From the NCBI GenBank assembly GCA_040754455.1, contig JBFMCP010000030.1, positions 1 to 39,498 of the forward strand: 39,498 nt of DNA. Direction: 5' to 3'. This DNA is from Nitrospirota bacterium. GTDB taxonomy: Bacteria > Nitrospirota > Thermodesulfovibrionia > Thermodesulfovibrionales > Dissulfurispiraceae. Shown here in pieces: positions 19,446 through 26,760 of this stretch. Both the position numbers and the translations under genes were made by a program. Below the pieces are notes generated by a model. The model searched no databases. It was given only the letters and a program-made list of their open reading frames with translations, and was not told the origin of the DNA. Every line of letters starts with the position of its first letter. Positions within the stretch are counted from its first letter, which is position 1.

Positions 19446-19717
19446 TTTATTTTGATTCTAGGACGGAAAATCAGCGGGTTCCCGGTAAATCTCATTTTAC
19501 TCTCTTGCGCTTCTCTGAAATATCGTTGAGATACAGAAATGCGGCAACACGCTCCTTTCATGCAGACACCCTGCACCCCTTCTGAAACAGCCACCCTGAT
19601 TGAGGCGGAAAAGTGTTAGGAATGTTGGCAAGTGACTGAAGATGTTAATTTCCGTTTGTCATTTGTTGAAAAATAATGATATATTCAATATCACCCTACG
19701 CACATGGAGGCATTTTA

Positions 19718-21406
19718 ATGAGATTTTCGAAGATGTTTATCCCCACCCTTCGTGAAGTACCGTCCGAAGCCGAAGCAATCAGCCATAAGCTTATGCTCAG
19801 GGCCGGCTATATACGTCAGCTTGCTGCCGGACTTTATATTCTGCTCCCCCTGGGGCTCAAGGTGATGAACAGGATCAACACGATAATGAGAGAGGAAATG
19901 AATGCCATAGGCGCCCAGGAGATCTCAATGCCCATTCTTCATCCTGCCGAGATATGGCAAAAGACCGGCCGGTGGTATGACATTAAAGAGGAGATGTTCC
20001 GTCTGAAAGACAGGACCGATCGCGACATGTGCCTCGGCATGACCCATGAAGAGATCATGACCTGGCTTGCAGCCCGGGAGATCAGGTCTTACCGTGACCT
20101 TCCCCAAGTGTGGTATCAGATACAGACAAAACTACGCGATGAAGCGCGTCCCAAGAGCGGCATTCTCAGAACCAGAGAGTTCGTCATGAAGGACAGCTAT
20201 AGCTTTGATATGGATGATGAGGGACTCGATAGGAACTACCGGCTCCATGCCGATGCCTATCACCGGATATTCAGCAGATGCGGACTCCAGTTTTATCAGG
20301 TGCAATCCGATACCGGCATGATGGGGGGCGCGGTCGCCCATGAGTTCATGGCGCCCAGCCCGGCGGGAGAAGATGATATTGTCCTTTGCACTCAATGCGG
20401 TTACGCAGCAAATGTTGAAGTAGCGGACTCAATCCCCTCTCCTCTGGAGGACAAAAGATGGGTGTATGAAGAGGTGTATACCCCTCAAAAGAGGACGGTC
20501 AAAGAGGTCGCCGGCTTTTTAAAAATCGATCCTGCGTATTTCATCAAAAGTCTTTTATTTATATCTTCAGCCGGCCCTGTCCTGGTTCTCGTCCGTGGCG
20601 ATCAGGATTTGCATGAGAAAAAACTCGCCAAATTGATAGGGATCTATCGCGCCGCCGGAAAGGACGAAGTCAAATCCACGCTGGGTGTCGAGGCGGGGTT
20701 CATCGGCCCTATGGGACATACGATTCGGATACTTGCGGATTCATCTTTAAAGGAGGGGACTTTTGTTACCGGTGCGAACAAGGTTGATTACCATGCAAAA
20801 GGTATCAAAGCCTCGGTGCACTTCAAGGCCGAGTGGCACGATCTGCACGTTGCAAAAGAGGGAGACGGCTGTCCACAGTGCAAGAGCCCGGTCCGGTTAG
20901 AAAAAGCTATTGAGATCGGTAACATCTTCAAGCTGGGCACAAAATATTCAGTGCCGCTCAACGCAGTGTTCCTTGACAAGGAAGGAAAGGAAAAACCAAT
21001 AATTATGGGTAGTTACGGAATAGGACCGGCGCGCATTGCCGCTTCCGCGATAGAACAGAACCATGATAAGGATGGGATCATCTGGCCGAAAAGCATTGCT
21101 CCTTTTACGATCGAGCTTATTCCTTTAAATGTAACGGATCAAAAAACCATGGAGATTGCCGAGTTGCTCTATAGGGCGCTGACCGAAAGGAACCTCGACG
21201 TGCTCATGGATGACCGTAATGAACGGCCAGGAGTCAAGTTCAAGGATGCTGACCTCATCGGGATCCCCTTCCATGCCGTTATTGGTGAAAAAGGATTAAA
21301 AGACAATATCATAGAACTGAAAATACGGCGTACCAGGGAGACGATAAAGATACCGGTCGAGCGGGCCGCCGAAGAAATTGTTGCTGTAGTTAATGAAAGA
21401 TCATAA
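19718..21406 (+). CDS. proS: Proline--tRNA ligase (bacterial type, with editing domain)
   Basis: SHKLMLRAG, THEE, RDEARP, EFVMKDSYSF, IEIGNIFKLG and GSYGIG. Start at ATG 19718 after GGAGG. Confidence 0.97.
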   Translation: MRFSKMFIPTLREVPSEAEAISHKLMLRAGYIRQLAAGLYILLPLGLKVMNRINTIMREEMNAIGAQEISMPILHPAEIWQKTGRWYDIKEEMFRLKDRTDRDMCLGMTHEEIMTWLAAREIRSYRDLPQVWYQIQTKLRDEARPKSGILRTREFVMKDSYSFDMDDEGLDRNYRLHADAYHRIFSRCGLQFYQVQSDTGMMGGAVAHEFMAPSPAGEDDIVLCTQCGYAANVEVADSIPSPLEDKRWVYEEVYTPQKRTVKEVAGFLKIDPAYFIKSLLFISSAGPVLVLVRGDQDLHEKKLAKLIGIYRAAGKDEVKSTLGVEAGFIGPMGHTIRILADSSLKEGTFVTGANKVDYHAKGIKASVHFKAEWHDLHVAKEGDGCPQCKSPVRLEKAIEIGNIFKLGTKYSVPLNAVFLDKEGKEKPIIMGSYGIGPARIAASAIEQNHDKDGIIWPKSIAPFTIELIPLNVTDQKTMEIAELLYRALTERNLDVLMDDRNERPGVKFKDADLIGIPFHAVIGEKGLKDNIIELKIRRTRETIKIPVERAAEEIVAVVNERS

Positions 21407-22367
21407 CGAGCGCCCTGCTCCTGTCGCGGTCATCGATATAGGTACCAATACGCTCAGACTCCTCATCGGATCAGTCGCGAAGGGGAAAGTGCTCCGCATT
21501 GCCTCATCGAGATCAGTGACGCGCCTTGGACAAAACCTCCAGACCACAGGCAAGCTCAGCGGTGAAAATATCGATAATTCAATAGCATCTCTTATAACCT
21601 TTAAAGAAATTGGTGATCGATATGGGGTGCGGGAATATAAAGCTGTCGGAACGAGCGCTCTTAGGGAGGCAGCAAACAGCAGAGAATTCCTCGATGAGGT
21701 AAAAAAGAGCACCGGGATATCTGCTGAGGTCATCTCCGGAGATAGAGAAGCGGAGCTTACCATCAAAGGAATAATCGCTGGCACGGAGAGCGGGGATAAC
21801 CTTCAGGGTCCTTCCCTCATTCTTGATATCGGCGGAGGAAGCACTGAGTGGATTATAGTGGACGGGAAAAACCATTCAATGAGCAGCATTCCTCTTGGTG
21901 CGGTCAGGCTGCACGAGCTCTTCATCAGGCATGATCCGCCGACTCCCGAAGAAGCGAAGACCACAGAAAAGTATGTTTTTGAACATGTTAAAGAATCTTT
22001 CCTCAAGAATATTCCTTCTCAGCCGCCGGGCACCGTGATGAGCTCCTTTAAAACAATCATTGCAACAGGAGGCACAGCAACAACAATCGCAGCTATCGAT
22101 TTAGGTCTGGGTACCTATGAAGGGGATAAAATCCACTCTCACCGAATATCAACCTCAAAACTTCAAGTAATTCTGAAAGAGCTTGCTCAATTACCTTTAA
22201 TTGAGCGCTCAAAAATCAGAGGCCTCGAGCCTGAGCGAGCAGATATTATTATCCCCGGACTACTTATATTCAAGACGATTATGGAGATGATGCAGAAGGA
22301 AGAGGCGATTGTCAGCGACTACGGACTCCTTGAAGGATTACTCATCGAACTCTTTAACCACCAATAA
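21393..22367 (+). CDS. ppx: Ppx/GppA-family exopolyphosphatase (short form)
   Basis: IDIGTNT, TSALREA, DIGGGSTE, RADII and GLLEG. Confidence 0.92.
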   Translation: MKDHNERPAPVAVIDIGTNTLRLLIGSVAKGKVLRIASSRSVTRLGQNLQTTGKLSGENIDNSIASLITFKEIGDRYGVREYKAVGTSALREAANSREFLDEVKKSTGISAEVISGDREAELTIKGIIAGTESGDNLQGPSLILDIGGGSTEWIIVDGKNHSMSSIPLGAVRLHELFIRHDPPTPEEAKTTEKYVFEHVKESFLKNIPSQPPGTVMSSFKTIIATGGTATTIAAIDLGLGTYEGDKIHSHRISTSKLQVILKELAQLPLIERSKIRGLEPERADIIIPGLLIFKTIMEMMQKEEAIVSDYGLLEGLLIELFNHQ

Positions 22368-22480
22368 GTTATTTAGAGAAGAATCAACAAAGAGATTTAA
22401 CCTGCCGCCCTGCAATATCTTCTTTGTCTTACAATCTTCAACTCACTCGACGATGGCAACAGCGGAAAGGGTAAGGACTA

Positions 22481-24316
22481 TCATTCTTTTACATACAACG
22501 CCATACTGTGCTCCTTCATATGCATCGCTTCAAGGGGTATCAGCTCATCAGGAAGCATGCTCCCCGGACCGCCCCATCTCTTTTCGGCTGAATCGATGAC
22601 CTTCCTCCACCTCGCTCCGGGAAGGAAATCATTGATAAATATCCTGGTATCGGCAGTATTGTAATTGAGCAGACAGAACACCTGGCTCTCCTCCGACTCG
22701 TCCCACCGCCTCATGAGGATAACCTTCTCTTCCTTGAGAGCTTTTACCCGGGTAAGCTCCTTGCTGCAGTTTGAAAGCGCAGGGGTCTCCCTGCGCATTC
22801 GCAAAAGCAGTTTATAAAATTCAAGTAGTTCCTTATGTTTCCCTATAGTCCTCCGCTCCCACTGCAGTTTTGATCTCCTGAATGTTTCCTCTCCCTCGGG
22901 ATCCGGCGGCTCGTCCTCCCATGCAAAAGAGGTGAACTCACTTTTTCTTCCTTCCCGTACTGCAGTGATCAGATCGGGATCGGAGTGGTTGACAAAATAC
23001 TGGAACGGAGACTCCTCTCCATACTCCTGTCCCATGAACAGGAGCGGTATGAAAGGAGAGAAAATGACCGTTGCTGCCGCGAGCTTGAGGGCCTCGAAAT
23101 GGACAAGGTGTTCCAACCGGTCGCCGACAGCACGATTGCCAACCTGGTCATGATTTTGCGAGAAGACGACAAAGCGATAAGCGGGTATGTCTTGTGCCGG
23201 CCTCCCCCTGCGGCATTTTCTATAGGAGGAATATTCGCCGGTATAGACGAACCCCTCTTGCAAAGCTTTTGCAAGCTGTTCGATTTCACCGTAATCTGCA
23301 TAGTAGCCTTCCCTCTCACCGGTGAGGAGCGCATGAATGCAGTGGTGAAAATCGTCGAGCCACTGGGCATCGAGCCCGAAGCCGCCGCGCTCCTTCGGCC
23401 GCACGAGCTTCGGGTCGTTCTGGTCCGACTCTGCAATGAGGAAGCATTCCTTTCCGTTCCGGCGCGAACAGGTTTTGACATTATCGACAAGCTCCTGAAG
23501 AAACGGATAGGCACTGATGTCAAATATCCTATCGGCAGCATCGAGGCGGAGGACATCGATGTGGTAATGGGTATACCAGTAAAGGGCGTTTTCAATAAAG
23601 TAGTTGCGCACCCCGTCACTGTAGGGTCCGTCTACATTCACCGCCCGTCCCCAGGGGCTTTTGTAGGTATCGGTGAAGAACGGACCGTACTCGCACACAT
23701 AGCACCCCTCAGGACCGAGGTGATTATAGACGACATCGAGTTTCACTGCTATTTCCCGCTTGTGGCACTCGTTGACCAGACGCTTCAGTCCTTCGGGGCC
23801 TCCATAAGAATTCTGGACAGCATAAAGGTAAACGCCGTCGTACCCCCAGTTTCGTTCACCGGGACATTGGGCAACCGGCATGATCAACAGCGTATTGATC
23901 CCAAGTTCTTTCAGTGCATCGAGCCGCGGTATCACGGCATCGAAGGTCCCCTCAGGGGTAAAAGCTCCGATATGTATCTCATAGATAATCATCTTGCAGA
24001 GGTCGGGGCCTTTCCAGTCACGGTCTTCCCAGCTGAACGCCTGGTGATCGATGACCTGTGAGGGGCCGTGCACTCCCTGGGGCTGGTAATGGGATGCAGG
24101 GTCAGGACGATCTCTCGCCTCATCGAGACGAAACATATAAAGGGCGCCCGGAAAGACATCCGACACAACGGTCCTCCAGTATCCCTGTCCGTCGCTCGTC
24201 ATGGGAACTATTCGCTCTTCAGGCGAGAGTACCTTGAGCTCGACTTTTTTCAGGAACGGTGCCCATACAACAAACTCGCAGATGCCGTCTCCCCGGTAAA
24301 GGGCGCCGAGTTCCAC
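22481..24316 (-). CDS. treZ: Malto-oligosyltrehalose trehalohydrolase (GH13)
   Basis: VWAP, PDPAS, WGYDGV, DVVYNH, RLDA, IAESD and QNHDQVGNR. Likely GTG start at 24316 after AAGGAGGAGG. Confidence 0.92.
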   Translation of the reverse strand: MELGALYRGDGICEFVVWAPFLKKVELKVLSPEERIVPMTSDGQGYWRTVVSDVFPGALYMFRLDEARDRPDPASHYQPQGVHGPSQVIDHQAFSWEDRDWKGPDLCKMIIYEIHIGAFTPEGTFDAVIPRLDALKELGINTLLIMPVAQCPGERNWGYDGVYLYAVQNSYGGPEGLKRLVNECHKREIAVKLDVVYNHLGPEGCYVCEYGPFFTDTYKSPWGRAVNVDGPYSDGVRNYFIENALYWYTHYHIDVLRLDAADRIFDISAYPFLQELVDNVKTCSRRNGKECFLIAESDQNDPKLVRPKERGGFGLDAQWLDDFHHCIHALLTGEREGYYADYGEIEQLAKALQEGFVYTGEYSSYRKCRRGRPAQDIPAYRFVVFSQNHDQVGNRAVGDRLEHLVHFEALKLAAATVIFSPFIPLLFMGQEYGEESPFQYFVNHSDPDLITAVREGRKSEFTSFAWEDEPPDPEGEETFRRSKLQWERRTIGKHKELLEFYKLLLRMRRETPALSNCSKELTRVKALKEEKVILMRRWDESEESQVFCLLNYNTADTRIFINDFLPGARWRKVIDSAEKRWGGPGSMLPDELIPLEAMHMKEHSMALYVKE

Positions 24317-24476
24317 GAAGACCTCCTCCTTGTGGTGGCGTGATAAATAGAGGGGCAATAATCTCATTATAAAACAGAAACCATCAGCAGGCAAACCGGG
24401 AGATGGATCGTTTGTGCTCTGTACAATGCTGCTGACATAATCCGGCCTGTTACAAAAATATGGTATAATCACATCC

Positions 24477-25220
24477 ATGCAGCAGATTTTCGGAAGACCG
24501 AAAAGCATCAAGAAAACCCCTTTCCGTTTCTGTCCGGGATGCGGCCACAGCATCGTTCACCGCCTCATTGCCGAAGTGATTGATGAGCTCGGTATCCGTG
24601 AGCGGACCATCGGCATGGCGCCGGTGGGATGCGCTGTCTTTGCCTACGATTATTTCGATTTCGATATGATCGAGGTCGCCCACGGCAGACCTCCTGCTGC
24701 GGCAACAGGCATGAAACGGACCCTTCCCGATGCGGTCGTCTTTTCCTACCAGGGCGACGGCGATCTCGCTGCAATTGGAACAGCGGAAATCGTCCACGCT
24801 GCGAACAGAGGAGAAAACATTACCGTCTTTTTCGTCAACAACGCCACCTACGGCATGACCGGCGGTCAGATGGCGCCGACAACACTTCTCGATCAGAAGA
24901 CAACCACGACCCCTTCGGGAAGGCAGAGCGCGCAGGCAGGCTATCCCCTGCGGGTGGCAGAGATGCTGGCGACCCTCGATGGTGTTGCCTTTATGGCACG
25001 GTCTGCCGTTGATTCATACAAGAACATCGTCACGACAAAAAAATACATCGAGAAGGCCTTTACCTATCAAATCGAGGGCAAAGGGTTCAGCATGGTCGAG
25101 ATACTATCCCCCTGCCCAACAGACTGGGGGCTCTCTCCGGTCAAATCGCTTGAGTGGCTGCGAGAGAAGATGATGAAGATCTATAAACAGGGCGTTATCA
25201 AGGACACTCATCGCGTCTAA
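24477..25220 (+). CDS. 2-oxoacid:ferredoxin oxidoreductase beta subunit (TPP-binding)
   Basis: FCPGCGH, HGR, YQGDGD, NNATYGMTGGQMAPTT and SPCPT. Confidence 0.93.
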   Translation: MQQIFGRPKSIKKTPFRFCPGCGHSIVHRLIAEVIDELGIRERTIGMAPVGCAVFAYDYFDFDMIEVAHGRPPAAATGMKRTLPDAVVFSYQGDGDLAAIGTAEIVHAANRGENITVFFVNNATYGMTGGQMAPTTLLDQKTTTTPSGRQSAQAGYPLRVAEMLATLDGVAFMARSAVDSYKNIVTTKKYIEKAFTYQIEGKGFSMVEILSPCPTDWGLSPVKSLEWLREKMMKIYKQGVIKDTHRV

Positions 25221-25231
25221 CGTTATCGACA

Positions 25232-25789
25232 ATGGAGCAGCGCATTATCATCGCGGGATCGGGCGGACAGGGCATTCTCTTCCTCGGGAAGCTCATATCG
25301 CGTGCGGCTATGCTCGAACAGAAAGAGGTCACGTGGTTTCCTTCGTACGGTGCTGAAATGCGCGGCGGAACTGCCAACTGCACGGTCATCATCGCCGACA
25401 GCATGATCGGATCTCCGGTGATCAGGAATCCGGACACCCTCCTCATCATGAATGAGGCCTCATACAAGCGCTTTCAAGCGCGACTGCTGAGCGGCGGGCT
25501 TCTCATCTGCGATGCATCACTCGTGACCCTCGAAAATCACCGGAATGATATCAGGACCATCCGTATTCCCGCCAGCGGGATCGCCGCATCGCTCCATGCT
25601 ACAAAATCAGCCAATATGGTCATGATGGGCGCCTTTGTCGCAGCGACCCGGTGCCTGAGCATCGATACGGTCCTCGACGCCGTGAACGAGACGATCCCGT
25701 CGCGCAAAAAGGATTTGCTGGAGATAAATAAAACCTTGATCATGGAAGGATATACCTTTGCCGAACGTCAGAAAAGCAACTATCGCTGA
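25232..25789 (+). CDS. 2-oxoacid:ferredoxin oxidoreductase gamma subunit
   Basis: AGSGGQG, PSYGAEMRGGTANC and ANMVMMGA. Confidence 0.93.
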   Translation: MEQRIIIAGSGGQGILFLGKLISRAAMLEQKEVTWFPSYGAEMRGGTANCTVIIADSMIGSPVIRNPDTLLIMNEASYKRFQARLLSGGLLICDASLVTLENHRNDIRTIRIPASGIAASLHATKSANMVMMGAFVAATRCLSIDTVLDAVNETIPSRKKDLLEINKTLIMEGYTFAERQKSNYR

Positions 25790-26213
25790 CATAAAACTGA
25801 TTCATAAATTCATCAATGACTTTGCAAAACGCGAAGAAATGCTCCCCCGGGCGCTCAATGAGCTCTACGAAAGTCTGCGGGATTTTATCGTCGTCGAGGG
25901 AAAGGGTGAGATACGGGGCGTTTGTGCGCTCCGCATTCTGTGGGAAGACCTTGCTGAGATCAGGTCACTGGCAGTAAAGGAAGAGTATCAGCGCAAGGGT
26001 ATCGGGAAGCTGATGGTAAAGAAGTGCCTCAAGGAGGCCAAGGAGCTTGGCATCAAGCGCGTCTTCGCCCTTACCTATCAGCCGGAGTTTTTCAGGAAAC
26101 TCGGGTTCAAAGACATCGACAAAGCCAAGCTTCCCCATAAGATATGGGGTGACTGCGTGAAGTGCCCGAAATTCCCCGAGTGCGACGAGCACGCCCTCAT
26201 CATTGAGGTATAA
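25758..26213 (+). CDS. GNAT N-acetyltransferase (short ArgA-like N-acetylglutamate synthase)
   Basis: LAEIRSLAV, QRKGIG, VFALTY and KIWGDCVKCPKFPECDE; TTG start. Confidence 0.88.
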   Translation: MPNVRKATIADIKLIHKFINDFAKREEMLPRALNELYESLRDFIVVEGKGEIRGVCALRILWEDLAEIRSLAVKEEYQRKGIGKLMVKKCLKEAKELGIKRVFALTYQPEFFRKLGFKDIDKAKLPHKIWGDCVKCPKFPECDEHALIIEV

Positions 26214-26760
26214 GCTGGACGGCGATTTCGGCAGTCAGCCGTAATTCCTCGAGGTGTTGTTTCAGCCGCCGGTTGGTCTCGAGCTCGGTCAGATAGAGCT
26301 CTATTTCATCTCTGACGTCGACGTATTCTTTGCCCTTGAACTCCTCGCGGTGCTCCCGGTAAAAGCGCTCGATCTCCTCTTCCCTGATAATGATCGGGGC
26401 CCTGATCTTTATGTCGATGTAATCCCTTATCATCTCTTCCTTCGACGGCGCGTCGAGACGGATCTTTCTCGCCTCTTTGAGGAGCAGCAAGCTGTTGATC
26501 ATCGAGTTCACGACATCCTCTTCGGTGACAGTGGCAAGGGTTTGCCGGGTCAACGAGTAGTGCTCACGAAATTCCGAAAGGGTAATAGCAGTGTCGTCGA
26601 CGTAGGCGACCACCCGATCTATTACTTCAGCATGACAAACAGCATTCAGGAGCCAGGAGCCAGGGGCCGGAATAATCAAAAGGAGTAGAATAAAGCATGC
26701 TCTGAATACATGATCCTGAATTCTGTATTCTGACTTCTGTCTTCTGTCTTTAGAATGCAT
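26200..26760 (-). CDS. SurA N-terminal-domain-like periplasmic chaperone
   Basis: EVIDRVVAYVDDTAITLSE after a signal peptide (CHA|EV); downstream of the Omp85 gene. Start uncertain (ATG 26760 or 26784). Confidence 0.75.
   Translation of the reverse strand: MHSKDRRQKSEYRIQDHVFRACFILLLLIIPAPGSWLLNAVCHAEVIDRVVAYVDDTAITLSEFREHYSLTRQTLATVTEEDVVNSMINSLLLLKEARKIRLDAPSKEEMIRDYIDIKIRAPIIIREEEIERFYREHREEFKGKEYVDVRDEIELYLTELETNRRLKQHLEELRLTAEIAVQLIPQ
26644..26749. repeat. Imperfect inverted heptamer-repeat element, copy 1
   Basis: Minus strand: AGACAGA AGACAGA AGTCAGA ATACAGA ATTCAGG ... CCCCTGG CTCCTGG CTCCTGA. Confidence 0.75.

Noticed and set aside
19450..19717. T-box or other riboswitch upstream of proS
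   Set aside because: No T-box consensus or terminator/antiterminator is recognisable. An Rfam scan would settle it.
22985..24061. 358-aa plus-strand ORF, and similar long ORFs at 4269-5156, 16626-17486, 32058-32975, 35411-36121 and 37329-37982
   Set aside because: They are antisense shadows of well-supported genes and carry no recognisable motifs.
24317..24553. N-terminal extension of treZ
   Set aside because: It overlaps the divergent beta-subunit gene and its promoter. A strong RBS precedes GTG 24316.
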